In this document: positions 48,691 to 58,413 of the stretch, one piece after another | Numbering within the stretch: the first letter of the stretch is position 1 | Layout of the letters: every line of letters starts with the position of its first letter | NCBI GenBank assembly: GCA_947472995.1 | Contig: CANJBO010000002.1 | Coordinates: forward strand, 117,283 to 181,282 | Source of the DNA: Chloroflexota bacterium | GTDB taxonomy: Bacteria > Chloroflexota > Dehalococcoidia > UBA2979 | Reading direction: 5' to 3' | DNA: 64,000 nt | Made by a program: the position numbers and the translations under genes | The notes under the pieces: model-generated | What the model was told of the DNA's origin: nothing | Database searches by the model: none | What the model saw: only the letters and a program-made list of their open reading frames with translations

Positions 48691-51600
48691 CTACTCGGCG
48701 GCGAGGTGGCGGTACAGCGTCGGCAGGCGTCGAGGCAGCGTGGAGAGGTCGTCGACCACCTCGTAGCCGATGTCGTCGCACATCTGCTTCAGGTAATCGT
48801 GGCCTTCCTTGTCGACGGTGATCAGGAACGGCGTGATGCCCTTCCGCTTCGCCTCCAGCAGCGCCTGCTTCGTGTCGTGGACGGCGTATTCCTTCTCCGT
48901 GCGGTCGCGGCCGTAGCCGTGGTCCTGCGGCCGCCCGTCCGAGACGAGGATGAGGATCTTCACCTTCGCCGCGTACTCGTCCAGCTTCTGGATCGTGTGG
49001 CGGATCGCCGGCCCCATGCGCGTCGAACGGATCGGCTCGATCTTGCCGATGCGCTTGCGGACCTTGTCCGACATCTGCTCGTCGAGGTTCTTCACGACGT
49101 GGAACTCCACGTTGTCCCGGCCGTAGCCGGAGAACCCGAAGATGCCGTACGCGTCGCCGATCGCCTCGAGCGCCTCGACGATCAGCACGGTCGACTCCTT
49201 CTCGAGGTCGATGATCCGCTTCGGCGGCTCGAGCGCGCTCTTCGCGCGGCGCGCGGCGAGCCACTGGAAGTACTTGCGGGGGTCCCCGTCGAAGTCGTCC
49301 GCGTCGTCGTACTGCTGCGGGCGCTTCTCGATCTCCTCGTCGGTGGAGGCCGACATGTCGAGGAGGAACGCGACGGCGACGTCGCGCTCGACCTTGTTGC
49401 GGCGGCTGTAGATGCGCGCCTGCGGGCCGATGCCGGCCTTCTTGTCGACGTAGAACTCCAGCGCGAGGTCGAGGTCCAGCTCCTCGCCATCCTCGAGGCG
49501 CTTGATGCGCTTGAAGGACTCGGGGCGCATGAGCTCGAACTGGCGGCGCGTCTCCATCACCAGGCCGTGGTACTTGCGCAGCGTCTCCTGGTAGAACTCG
49601 CCGTCGCCCTCCTCGGAGAAGCGCTCGCCGACGCGGGTCCAGCGCGGCCGGTAGTCCAGCGCGCGGAAGTCCCACTCGTCGTAGTAGAACCACTCGATCT
49701 GGGCCGGCAGGTCGCTCTCGCCGCCGTCGCCCCCGCCGCCGTCGTCATCCTCGGCGCCTTCGCCGGAGCCGAACTGCGGCTCGGAGGTCTCGGTGCCCTC
49801 GGACTTCTTCGCGGCCTGCTCGAAGTTCTCGATCATCATGTCGATGTCGGCCATCTCGCTGTCGCCCATGTCGCCCATCGACAGCTCGGCGGAGTTCGCG
49901 AGGAGCTCCATCAGCTGCTCGCGTGTCAGCGGGGTGGTCTCGCCGCCCTCGCCTTCCTGCGACTCGCCGCGCAACCGCGCCATCAGCTGGACGAGCTCGG
50001 GCTTGAAGTCGCCGCGGAACTCCGGCTGCGGCGGGTTCTCGAACTCCATCTCCTCGCCGCTCGGCATGTCGCTGGAGGTCGAGCCCTCACCGTCGCCGGG
50101 GAGACCCGCCTGCACCGCGTACATGTTCTCTTCCATCGCCTCGAACTTGCCGTCGGCCATCGACTGCGGGACGTTCGGGATCATGTAGGCGATGTCGTAG
50201 AGCGCCGCCGCCACCTCGGCGGAGTCCTGCACGGTCGCCTCGGACAGCTCGACGACCTTCAGGGCCGCGACGGCGCGCTTGAGGTACTCGTTGAGCGAGC
50301 GCGGAAAGCGCATCGTGTCCGGCTTGCCGAGGGATGCGCGCAGCACGTTCTCCAGGAACGCCTGTCGCAGCCCCATCGTCTCGATGTTCGGGCGGTGGTT
50401 CGCCTCGTGCTCCTGGAGCAGCGTGAGCCAGCGGCGGATGCCGCCGTACTCCACGCGCGTGCGCGCATCGATGCGCGTGTCCTCCGCGATCGTGAACAGG
50501 CCGAGGATCAGCGAGCGATCGTCGAACATGTTGAAGTACCGCTGCATCGAGGTGACCGGGGCGATGACCTCCTTCGACGGCGTGCCGGCCTCGGCGGCGC
50601 GGGCGGCGCGCACGTCGGCGACGCGGCCCTCGCGCGCGGCGGCGGTCGCGGGGGCGTGGGCGCCGGGCTGCGCGAACTCGTAGCGGAACGAGCCGAACTC
50701 CATGCGCGCGGTCTGGTGCGTGGTGAAGACCTTGTAGACCTGGAAGTTGGCGGCCTGGTCCTCGAACGTCGCGACGAAGGGCGGCAGGTAGATCGCGCTG
50801 CCGTCCGAGGACGCCGAGGCCTCCGTGACCCAGCCGATGTTGCGTTCGACGAGGGCCTCCGCCGACTGCACGGCCACGGACTCGCCCGACAGCGCCTTCG
50901 CGTACATGCGGAGCAGCAGGTTCACGTTCGCCAGCTCGACGCGCGCGGACAGCGAGGCGAGCATCTCCTCAGCGCGCGAGGACTCGAGTCGGAAGTACGC
51001 CTCGGCGCCCTCGCGGTTGTGCTCGTCCTGGAGGATCGCGGCGCCCGCCTCGGCCCAGCGCGTCATCTGCTGCTGGTTCAGGCGGCTGCTCACGAACGGC
51101 GAGGACTTCAGGTACTCCATCGCCGCCGTCGGGCTGCCGATGGACAGCCGCTCGGCGAACGCCAGCAGGCCCCCGTGCAGTTCCCCCGGGAGCGAGGCGA
51201 GTGCCTGCGACGCGTCGGAGAACAGCGGGAACCCCTGTCGCCCCACCTCGGCGGTTACGCGCGAGGCGAGGTCGAGGAAGCGAGGGCGCTCACCCGGGGC
51301 GACGCCCTCGAGGAGCTTCGGGCCGCGCTCGAAGTAGAGCCGGATGTCGGCCCACGACGCGCGGGCGACGGCGCGGGCGAAGCGCAGGAACGGCTCGCGA
51401 TCCGTCGGCGGGAGCGCGGCGAAGAGCAGCGGCGCGGTCTCCATGCACGTGGTCGCGAGCTCGTACGAGCGCTCCGTCAGGTTGTCGACGATGTCGACGA
51501 CCTGACCGGCCGCCTCGAAGGAGATGCTCTGCAGGATGCGCGGGCTGACCTGGAAGTAGAGCGAGGAGAGCGCGATGGACTTCCAGTTGCCGCGGCACAG

Positions 51601-51984
51601 CCGGTCGCCCTGCTGCGCCCAAGCCTCCAGCTGGTCGACGCCGATGTTCTCGAGCATGAGCGGCGTGGACTTGAGGAACGCGGCCGCCATCAGCGAGGAG
51701 CGCTGCGACAGGTCCGCGGCGATCCGCGACCACGCGCGCGTGCCCTCGAAGCCCAGGCGATCGACGACGGCGGGGCTGGCGCGGAAGTACTCGGCGGCTG
51801 CCTCCCAGGCGCGCAGCGACGACCCGGCGAGCTCGATGCCCGCCGCGGCCCACGCGTCGAGGTCGGCGGGGGTGAGCCGGCCCTCCAGCTCCGTCGCGGC
51901 GGCGAGGAAGTCCTCCGGCAGCGAAGCGCCGTACCCCTGCAGCTGGGTCGCGTACTGGATCGAGAGGTCGGTCGCGCGGCTCAT
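48691..51984 (-). CDS. large VWA-domain protein of the NorD/CbbO family (1097 aa; partner of the upstream CbbQ/NorQ-like ATPase)
   Basis: C-terminal VWA with MIDAS LLDMSAST ... SDGRPQD; long acidic low-complexity linker; ~800-aa N-terminal region with no motif I can assign; downstream of the AAA+ gene. Confidence 0.7.
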   Translation of the reverse strand: MSRATDLSIQYATQLQGYGASLPEDFLAAATELEGRLTPADLDAWAAAGIELAGSSLRAWEAAAEYFRASPAVVDRLGFEGTRAWSRIAADLSQRSSLMAAAFLKSTPLMLENIGVDQLEAWAQQGDRLCRGNWKSIALSSLYFQVSPRILQSISFEAAGQVVDIVDNLTERSYELATTCMETAPLLFAALPPTDREPFLRFARAVARASWADIRLYFERGPKLLEGVAPGERPRFLDLASRVTAEVGRQGFPLFSDASQALASLPGELHGGLLAFAERLSIGSPTAAMEYLKSSPFVSSRLNQQQMTRWAEAGAAILQDEHNREGAEAYFRLESSRAEEMLASLSARVELANVNLLLRMYAKALSGESVAVQSAEALVERNIGWVTEASASSDGSAIYLPPFVATFEDQAANFQVYKVFTTHQTARMEFGSFRYEFAQPGAHAPATAAAREGRVADVRAARAAEAGTPSKEVIAPVTSMQRYFNMFDDRSLILGLFTIAEDTRIDARTRVEYGGIRRWLTLLQEHEANHRPNIETMGLRQAFLENVLRASLGKPDTMRFPRSLNEYLKRAVAALKVVELSEATVQDSAEVAAALYDIAYMIPNVPQSMADGKFEAMEENMYAVQAGLPGDGEGSTSSDMPSGEEMEFENPPQPEFRGDFKPELVQLMARLRGESQEGEGGETTPLTREQLMELLANSAELSMGDMGDSEMADIDMMIENFEQAAKKSEGTETSEPQFGSGEGAEDDDGGGGDGGESDLPAQIEWFYYDEWDFRALDYRPRWTRVGERFSEEGDGEFYQETLRKYHGLVMETRRQFELMRPESFKRIKRLEDGEELDLDLALEFYVDKKAGIGPQARIYSRRNKVERDVAVAFLLDMSASTDEEIEKRPQQYDDADDFDGDPRKYFQWLAARRAKSALEPPKRIIDLEKESTVLIVEALEAIGDAYGIFGFSGYGRDNVEFHVVKNLDEQMSDKVRKRIGKIEPIRSTRMGPAIRHTIQKLDEYAAKVKILILVSDGRPQDHGYGRDRTEKEYAVHDTKQALLEAKRKGITPFLITVDKEGHDYLKQMCDDIGYEVVDDLSTLPRRLPTLYRHLAAE

Positions 51985-52081
51985 GGCAGCTCTCGTGTTC
52001 TCGGGCGAGGGGCGGGGAACCCCGCCCCGCCCGGATCAGACCTGCGGGCTTCGACCGGCGGAACCGGGCGGCTCGGAGACC

Positions 52082-52951
52082 CTACTCGAAGATCGAGGAG
52101 ACGACTTCCTCGATCGAGCGCTGGACTTCCTGGTCGTCGGTCAGCGCCCAGACGATCGAGACCTGGCAGGCACGGCGCGGCGTGATGCCGTCGTGGATGA
52201 GCTTGCCCGCGTAGACGAGCAGGCGCGTCGAGACGCCCTCGCCCAGGCCGTGCTCCTTCAGGTTGCGCACCTTCTCGGCGAGCTTGGCGAGGTCCATCGC
52301 GATCGCGGGGTCCACGCCGGACTCCTTCGCGATGATCTGCGACTCCTGCTCGCGCGGCGGGTAGTCGAACTCGATCGCGATGAAGCGCTGGCGCGTGGAG
52401 TGCTTCAGGTCCTTCAGCGCGGACTGGTAGCCCGGGTTGTAGGACATGACGAGCAGGAAGCCGTCCGCGGCCTCCAGCAGCTCGCCACGCTTGTCGATCG
52501 GGAGCAGGCGGCGGTAGTCCGTCAGCGGGTGGATGAGGACAGTCGTGTCCTTGCGCGCCTCCACGATCTCGTCGAGGTAGCAGATCGCGCCGTTCTTCAC
52601 GGCGCGCGAGATCGGCCCGTCGATCCAGCGCGTCTCGTCACCCTCGAGGAGGTAGCGCCCGACGAGGTCGGAGGCGGTGAGGTCCTCGTGGCAGGCTACG
52701 GTGATCAGCGGCACGCCCTCCGCGTGGCCCAGGCCGTCGCGGTTGTGCAGGCGCCACGACATGTACTCGACGAAGCGCGTCTTGCCGGCGCCCGTCGGGC
52801 CCTTCAACAGCACCGGGACGTTCTCCCGGTAGGCCGTCTCGAAGAGCTGGACCTCGTCGTTGATGGGCAGGTAGTACGGCTCTTCCGTGATCCGGAAGTC
52901 CTCGACCGCCAGCTGCTTGAACCCCGCGCGCTCAGTCGCCAATGCCATCAC
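52082..52951 (-). CDS. CbbQ/NirQ/NorQ/GvpN-family AAA+ ATPase (MoxR class)
   Basis: Walker [13 protein letters not shown], Walker [12 protein letters not shown], ...LLVMSYNPG... Confidence 0.85.
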   Translation of the reverse strand: MMALATERAGFKQLAVEDFRITEEPYYLPINDEVQLFETAYRENVPVLLKGPTGAGKTRFVEYMSWRLHNRDGLGHAEGVPLITVACHEDLTASDLVGRYLLEGDETRWIDGPISRAVKNGAICYLDEIVEARKDTTVLIHPLTDYRRLLPIDKRGELLEAADGFLLVMSYNPGYQSALKDLKHSTRQRFIAIEFDYPPREQESQIIAKESGVDPAIAMDLAKLAEKVRNLKEHGLGEGVSTRLLVYAGKLIHDGITPRRACQVSIVWALTDDQEVQRSIEEVVSSIFE

Positions 52952-53043
52952 CCCACCCCACGCCGCCGATCGGGCGGCAGGCCCAGCTCGTTATAGTTCG
53001 TTCAGGCTACAGGTCACGTCGAGCGGTCATGCTCGACCGGCCC

Positions 53044-53586
53044 CTAGCGCCGGCGCGCCGCCGGCTTCGCGGCTGTCTTGGCCGCCGGCTTCGAGGCGGC
53101 GCGAGCGGGCGCCTTCGCCGCCGTGCTCTTCGCAGCCGGCTTCGCCGCGGGACGCGCGGGCGCCTTCGCGGCGGGCTTGCTCGCGGGCTTCGCAGCCGCC
53201 CTCGGCGCGGGCTTCGCGGCGACCTTCGTCGCCTTCGCGGCGGGCTTCGACGCGACCTTGCCGGCCGGCTTCGCGGCGGGCTTCGACGCGGGACGCGCCG
53301 CGGGCTTCGCCGCCGCACGAGTCGCGGTCACGGACGGCTTGCTCGCCGGCTTCGCCGCGGGACGCGCGGGCGCCTTCGCGGCGGGCTTGCTCGCGGGCTT
53401 CGCGGCGGCCTTCGGCGCGGGCTTCCCGGCGGGCTTCGCAGCCGGCTTCGACGCGGCCTTCGCGACCGGGGCCTTCGCGGCGGTCGCCGCCTTCGCCGCC
53501 GCTGCCTTCGCAGCGGCCAGCTTCGAGGCGTTCTTCGCCGCGGGCCGCGCGAGGATCCTCGGCGCGACCGGGGTGGGCTCGACGCC
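53044..53586. repeat. coding tandem repeats (GCC/AAG/CCG-rich) encoding the (P)AAKPA(S/A)KPAAK tail of the coaE product
   Basis: Visible periodicity gccgccggcttcgcggc...ggcttcgacgcg... in the DNA and PAAK repeats in the protein. Confidence 0.6.
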
Positions 53587-54186
53587 GACGCGCTTCGTCA
53601 GCGTCTTCCACGCGCGGTCGAGGCGCTCGATGAGCTGCTCCTCGGTGCCCGAGTTGTCGATCTTCACGTCGGCGCGAGCCGCGCGGTCGGCGGTGGACAT
53701 CTGCGCGTTGATGCGCGCCAGCGCCGCTTCCTGCGTGAGGCCGTTGCGGGACATGAGCCGCTGGATGGCGATCGGCTGGGAGGTGGTGACCACCCAGATC
53801 TCGTCGCAGAGGTCGGTCCACTCGGCCTCGATGAGGACGGCCGCCTCGAGGACGATGATCCCGTCGCGGTCCTTGCGACGGACGTCGCGCAGCTCCTCCG
53901 CGATGAGGCGGCGGATCTCCGGCCAGACGATGGCGTTCAGGCGCTCGATCTCGCCGGGCGCGCCGAAGACTTTGCCGCCGAGGATGCGGCGGTCGATGAC
54001 CCCGTCCTTGCCGACGATGTCATGGCCGAAGGCGTTGACGACCTTCTCGAAGCCGGGCGTCCCGGGCTCGTAGGAGCGGTGCCCGACGCGATCGGCGTCG
54101 ATGAGCGTGGCGCCCAGGCTCCGCAGGTACTCGGCAGCAGTCGACTTGCCCGAGGCGATGCCCCCGGTGAGACCGATGACGGTCAT
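53044..54186 (-). CDS. coaE: dephospho-CoA kinase fused to a ~180-aa Ala/Lys/Pro-rich histone-H1/HU-tail-like C-terminal region
   Basis: MTVIGLTGGIASGKST (P-loop) and CoaE fold through ~aa 200, then PAAK/KPASK repeats to the C-terminus. Confidence 0.85.
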   Translation of the reverse strand: MTVIGLTGGIASGKSTAAEYLRSLGATLIDADRVGHRSYEPGTPGFEKVVNAFGHDIVGKDGVIDRRILGGKVFGAPGEIERLNAIVWPEIRRLIAEELRDVRRKDRDGIIVLEAAVLIEAEWTDLCDEIWVVTTSQPIAIQRLMSRNGLTQEAALARINAQMSTADRAARADVKIDNSGTEEQLIERLDRAWKTLTKRVGVEPTPVAPRILARPAAKNASKLAAAKAAAAKAATAAKAPVAKAASKPAAKPAGKPAPKAAAKPASKPAAKAPARPAAKPASKPSVTATRAAAKPAARPASKPAAKPAGKVASKPAAKATKVAAKPAPRAAAKPASKPAAKAPARPAAKPAAKSTAAKAPARAASKPAAKTAAKPAARRR

Positions 54187-54257
54187 ACGTTCTCCCAGAT
54201 TCTGGCGGAGAGCACGATTATATTCCCGGACGGCTGAGGCGCAACGCTTCGACCGCA

Positions 54258-54296
54258 GTAAAAAGCACAGCGGGGACGGATGCCCGTCCCCGCTGC
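54258..54296 (-). terminator. rho-independent terminator downstream of etfA
   Basis: Minus strand: CAGCGGGGACGG-gcat-CCGTCCCCGCTG followed by TGCTTTTTAC. Confidence 0.65.
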
Positions 54297-54332
54297 GGAG
54301 TGCTGCCGGTGCCCGCCGTGGCGGGCGCGCGA

Positions 54333-55292
54333 CTAGCCCTTCTTGAGCTCCTCGATGATCGCCGGGACGATCGTCTTGTAGTCGCCGACGATGCCGTACT
54401 TGGCGACGTTGAAGATGTTCGCGTCCGCGTCACGGTTCACCGCGACGATGACCTTCGATCCGGAGCAGCCCGCGAGGTGCTGGCTGGCGCCGGAGATGGC
54501 GATCGCGAAGTAGACGTTCGGCGTGACGACCTTGCCGGTCAGGCCGACCTGCTGGCTCGGCGGGTACCAGCCGAGGTCGACCGCGGCGCGCGAGGCACCG
54601 ACGGCGGCCTTGTCCGAGCCAATCGCGTTCGCCAGCGCCTCGACCATCTCGAAGCCCTCCGCCGCGCCGAGGCCGCGGCCGCCGGAGACGACGACCGACG
54701 CGTCGGTGATCTGGAGGCCCTCGGCGACGACCTGCTCGTGGCCGGTGACGTTCGTGCGGCTCTCGCCGGCGCCCGGCAGCGCGACGGTGCTTGAGGGGCC
54801 GGCGCCGCCGGCGATCTCGAACGACTTGGCGCGGACAGTCGCCATCGCGGGGGTGGTGGCGAAGCCGTAGGTCGCCACCGCGTTGCCGCCGAAGGCGGGG
54901 CGGGTCGCCTTGAAGGCGCCACCCTCGTCGACGATCGAGGTGCAGTCCATCGCCACGGCCGTGTTGCGGCGGTGGGCGAGACGCGGGCCGAGCTCGCGGC
55001 CCGGGGTGGACTGCGAGATCAGGACGAGGTCCGGGTTGGCCTGGTCGAGGGCAGCCTCGACCGCGGGGAGCCACTGCTCCGCGCGGAACGTGTCGTACCC
55101 GGCGTCGTCGCTGGCGTAGGCCGTGCCGGCGCCGCCGCAGGCAGCGGCCGCGGCGGTCGCGCCGGTGCCGAGCAGCGTGACGCTGACGTTGCCGCCGGCG
55201 GCGAGGCCGGCCGCGCCGCTGACGAGCTCGAGGGTCGTCGGCGTGGGCTGGCCACCGACCAGCTCGCCGACCACAAGGATGTTGCGTGCCAT
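54333..55292 (-). CDS. etfA: electron transfer flavoprotein alpha subunit
   Basis: ...[10 protein letters not shown]..., C-terminal FAD-binding ...[12 protein letters not shown]..., ...[15 protein letters not shown]... Confidence 0.9.
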   Translation of the reverse strand: MARNILVVGELVGGQPTPTTLELVSGAAGLAAGGNVSVTLLGTGATAAAAACGGAGTAYASDDAGYDTFRAEQWLPAVEAALDQANPDLVLISQSTPGRELGPRLAHRRNTAVAMDCTSIVDEGGAFKATRPAFGGNAVATYGFATTPAMATVRAKSFEIAGGAGPSSTVALPGAGESRTNVTGHEQVVAEGLQITDASVVVSGGRGLGAAEGFEMVEALANAIGSDKAAVGASRAAVDLGWYPPSQQVGLTGKVVTPNVYFAIAISGASQHLAGCSGSKVIVAVNRDADANIFNVAKYGIVGDYKTIVPAIIEELKKG

Positions 55293-55312
55293 GTTATGTC
55301 TCTTCTCGACCG

Positions 55313-56116
55313 CTAAATGACGTGGTCAGCGCGCAGCTTGGCGACGAGGGCCGCCGCCTGCTCCGCGGGGGTGTCGCCGGGCATGATCTCGACGGCAACG
55401 CCACGGGGCGGAGTCGAGAGCTTCTCGAGCTTCAGGCGCGAGCCGGCCGCACCGACCTCCGACGCCGCGAGGCCGAGGTCGTCGGTCTTCCACTGCGTGA
55501 CGGTCTTCTTGGCGGCCGCCATGATCTGCGGCAGCTTCGGGTAGCGGGGCTCACCGAACTCGTTGGAGACGGTGACGACGCCCGGCAGCGGCATCGCGAC
55601 GTTCTCGAAGCCGTCGTCGACGACGCGCTGGATCGTCAGGCCGGAGGCGTCCTGACCGACCGACTTCGCGATGATGGAGACCGGCCAGCCGAGCTCCTCC
55701 GCGATCAGCAGGCCGACCTGGCCCATGTCCCAGTCCGCCGCCTGGCGACCGCAGAACACGGCGTCCACGTCGCCCAGCTTCTTGATCGCGCTGGCGAGGG
55801 TCTTGGCGGTGGTGTACGAGTCGCCGTCCTCGAAGGCCGGGTCGTTCAGCAGCACGCCCTCGTCGGCGCCCATCGCGAGCACCTGCTTGATGGCAGCCGC
55901 GGCGCTGTCCGCGCCCAGCGAGATCACGGTGACCTTGCTGCCGGCGTTCGCCTCCTTGATGCGGAGGGCCGCCTCGGCGGCGATGCCGTCGAACTGGCTC
56001 AAAACCGGGGCGATGCCCTGCGCCGGGACGACCTTGTTGGTCGCCGAGTCGATCCGGAACGCCGAGGGCGGCGTCTCCGGGTCAGGGATCTGCTTTGCAC
56101 AGACCACGAGGTGCAT
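55313..56116 (-). CDS. etfB: electron transfer flavoprotein beta subunit
   Basis: MHLVVCAKQIPDPE..., ...VFCGRQAADWD...; start set at the internal MHLVV. Confidence 0.9.
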   Translation of the reverse strand: MHLVVCAKQIPDPETPPSAFRIDSATNKVVPAQGIAPVLSQFDGIAAEAALRIKEANAGSKVTVISLGADSAAAAIKQVLAMGADEGVLLNDPAFEDGDSYTTAKTLASAIKKLGDVDAVFCGRQAADWDMGQVGLLIAEELGWPVSIIAKSVGQDASGLTIQRVVDDGFENVAMPLPGVVTVSNEFGEPRYPKLPQIMAAAKKTVTQWKTDDLGLAASEVGAAGSRLKLEKLSTPPRGVAVEIMPGDTPAEQAAALVAKLRADHVI

Positions 56117-56211
56117 GTTGTTGCCTCCCATTACAGGGGCGCCCGCCGCCCCACACATGATGATGTGAATACCGCGCGAGGCGACCTCGCGCAACGTCCG
56201 TCAGGCTACGC

Positions 56212-58377
56212 CTACGGCTTGCCGAAGACCGAGGCCTCGAGCAGCTCCGCGACGTCGAAGGGACGCATGCGCCCCTCCTCCTCCGGGTGCACGGCCGGCA
56301 CGCCGTCCTCGAACATCTGGATGCAGAACGGGCAGTTGGAGATGACCTGCGAGGCGCCCGTCAGGACGGCCTCCTCCGAGCGCACGTGGTTCACGCGGCG
56401 CTCGCCGATCTCTTCCTGCCACATGTTGCCGCCGCCGGCGCCGCAGCACAGCCCCTTGCTGAAGTTGCGCTGCATCTCCACCAGGTTCGCGCCGGGGACC
56501 ATCTCGATGATCTGGCGCGGCGCGTCGTACTGGTTGTTGTAGCGGCCCAGGTAGCAGGAGTCGTGGTAGGTGACGTCCGCGCTGACCGGGTGCGTTGCCT
56601 TCAGCGTGCCCTGCTGCAACGCGTTGCTCAGGAACTCCGTGTGGTGCAGCACCTCGAAGTTGCCGTCGAACTGCGGGTACTCGTTCTTGAACGTGTTGAA
56701 GCAGTGCGGGCAGTTGGTGATGACGCGCTGGACGTTCTTCGCCTTGAACGTCTCCACCAGTTGCTGCGCGAGGATCTGGTACAGGTACTCGTTGCCGAGA
56801 CGCCGCGCCGGGTCGCCGTTGCAGGTCTCCTCCTGCCCGAGGACGCCGAACGAGGCGCCGGACTCGCCGAGGAGGCGGAAGACGGCCTTTGTCACGGGGA
56901 GGTTGCGCTCCACCAGCGAGCCGGAGCAGCCGACCCAGTAGAGGTACTCCTGCGAGCCGTCGAAGATCGGGACGTCGCCGAGGCCCTCCATCCACGTGGT
57001 GCGCTCCAGCGACGTGCCGCGCCACGGGTGCCCGCGCGTCTCGAGGTTCTCGAGCGCCGCCTGCGCGGTGGCGGGGATGCGCGCCTCGTTCATGACCAGG
57101 AAGCGGCGCATGTCCACGATCGTCGGGACGTGCTCGATCATCACGGGGCATTCCTGCATGCAGGCGCCACAGGTGCGGCAGGCCCAGAGCGTCTCGTCCT
57201 TGATCACCTCGCCGACCATCGCGACGGAGGAAACCTCGCGGCCGGCGTCGCCGAACTGGTGCTGGTGCGTCTGGATCGCGGGGCCGACGTCCGCGAGGTA
57301 GCCCTTCAGGTCCTGGATCAGGTGCATCGGGGAGAGCGGCTGGCCGGCGATGTTGGCCGGGCAGACCTCCGTGCAGCGGCCGCAGCGGACGCACGCGTCC
57401 AGCTCGAAGAGCTGCTTCCAAGTGAAGTCCTGCACGTGGCCGACGCCGAAGATCTCCTGCTGCTCGATGTCCTCGATCTTCGCGAGGCGGCCCGGGGAGT
57501 CGGTGCGCAGGAGGAACGCGTTGATCGGCGCGAAGAACATGTGGTCGAGGCGCGTGAAGACGATCAGCGCGAGCCATCCGAACGCGCTCGCGATGTGGAA
57601 CCACCAGCTCGCGATGTGCATCGAGAGGATCGTCGGCTCCGACATGTGGAAGCTCGTGAACCCGCGCGCGATCGCGTAGGAGACGAACGACCACGGCGCC
57701 CAGTCCGGGTGCTGCACCAGCTCGGTGGCGAGGATGCGGAACGCCTCCACCAGGAAGCCCGAGATCAGCACGAGACCGAGGCCCACGATGATCAGGTGGT
57801 CTTCGATCCGCTCGTCCCAGCGGATGCGGTGGAAGTCCTGGAAGTAGCGGCGGTTGAGCGCCATGCCGACGCCCACGAGGCCGACGAGGCCGAAGAAGTC
57901 GCCGTACGCGGAGAAGATCAGGTAGTACGTGCCGTGCAGGAACTTGATCGGCGTGTCGCCCTCGATCGCGACCTGCGCGGTGACGAGCGTGAGCACGACG
58001 ATCGACGAGAAGATGCACCAGTGCATGATCCCGGCGTAGCGATCGCGCCGGACCTTCTCCTGCGCGAGGCCGAGGCGCAGCGCGTTGCTGAAGCGGTGCG
58101 GGATCTCACGCAGCAGGCCGGGCGTCGGCTTGCCGATGCCCCACAGGCGGATGTGGTGGATCGCGCCGTAGACCATCAGGCCGACCAGCGCCGCCATGAA
58201 GACGTAGACCGCCCACGGGTGGGCGACGTTGAAGTAGATCTCGCGCCCGGCGACCTCGCCGGGGACGGTGGCTGCGGCGTAGAGGCCGAGGCCTGAGAGG
58301 CCGACGGCTGGCCCCCACCATGCGCGTGTGCGCGTCTGCTGCTGCTGTGGCTGCTCCGCGGTGGGATCCGGCATCAA
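56212..58377 (-). CDS. membrane-anchored Fe-S oxidoreductase (EtfD-like; N-terminal TM domain, ferredoxin-type clusters, two CCG cysteine-rich domains)
   Basis: About 5 TM helices; CVRCGRCTEVCP and CRTCGACMQECP 4Fe-4S motifs; C-terminal ...CPHCFNTF... and ...CCGAGGG... CCG motifs; immediately upstream of etfBA. Confidence 0.75.
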   Translation of the reverse strand: MMPDPTAEQPQQQQTRTRAWWGPAVGLSGLGLYAAATVPGEVAGREIYFNVAHPWAVYVFMAALVGLMVYGAIHHIRLWGIGKPTPGLLREIPHRFSNALRLGLAQEKVRRDRYAGIMHWCIFSSIVVLTLVTAQVAIEGDTPIKFLHGTYYLIFSAYGDFFGLVGLVGVGMALNRRYFQDFHRIRWDERIEDHLIIVGLGLVLISGFLVEAFRILATELVQHPDWAPWSFVSYAIARGFTSFHMSEPTILSMHIASWWFHIASAFGWLALIVFTRLDHMFFAPINAFLLRTDSPGRLAKIEDIEQQEIFGVGHVQDFTWKQLFELDACVRCGRCTEVCPANIAGQPLSPMHLIQDLKGYLADVGPAIQTHQHQFGDAGREVSSVAMVGEVIKDETLWACRTCGACMQECPVMIEHVPTIVDMRRFLVMNEARIPATAQAALENLETRGHPWRGTSLERTTWMEGLGDVPIFDGSQEYLYWVGCSGSLVERNLPVTKAVFRLLGESGASFGVLGQEETCNGDPARRLGNEYLYQILAQQLVETFKAKNVQRVITNCPHCFNTFKNEYPQFDGNFEVLHHTEFLSNALQQGTLKATHPVSADVTYHDSCYLGRYNNQYDAPRQIIEMVPGANLVEMQRNFSKGLCCGAGGGNMWQEEIGERRVNHVRSEEAVLTGASQVISNCPFCIQMFEDGVPAVHPEEEGRMRPFDVAELLEASVFGKP

Positions 58378-58413
58378 CTGTCCTGTCTCACACGATCGGG
58401 CAAACCGGCGTCC

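Noticed and set aside
48301-48700. Possible structured ncRNA (tmRNA, RNase P, SRP, 6S) in the long convergent spacer
   Set aside because: I could not find the diagnostic motifs on either strand: tmRNA 5' GGGG..UUCGAC and T-arm, RNase P AGGAAAGUCCGGGCUCC, or the SRP domain IV GGAAG...loop. It is kept only as an unexplained spacer in the findings.
48706-52185. 1159-aa plus-strand ORF antisense to the NorD/CbbO-like gene
   Set aside because: Low-complexity Arg/Leu/Asp-rich translation. The minus-strand frame has VWA/MIDAS motifs and upstream AAA+ coupling.
53078-54073. 331-aa plus-strand ORF (Ala/Phe/Gly-rich) and 53027-53821 minus-strand alternative frame
   Set aside because: These are mirror or alternative frames of the coaE AKP-repeat tail. 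The CoaE frame is continuous with a P-loop kinase domain.
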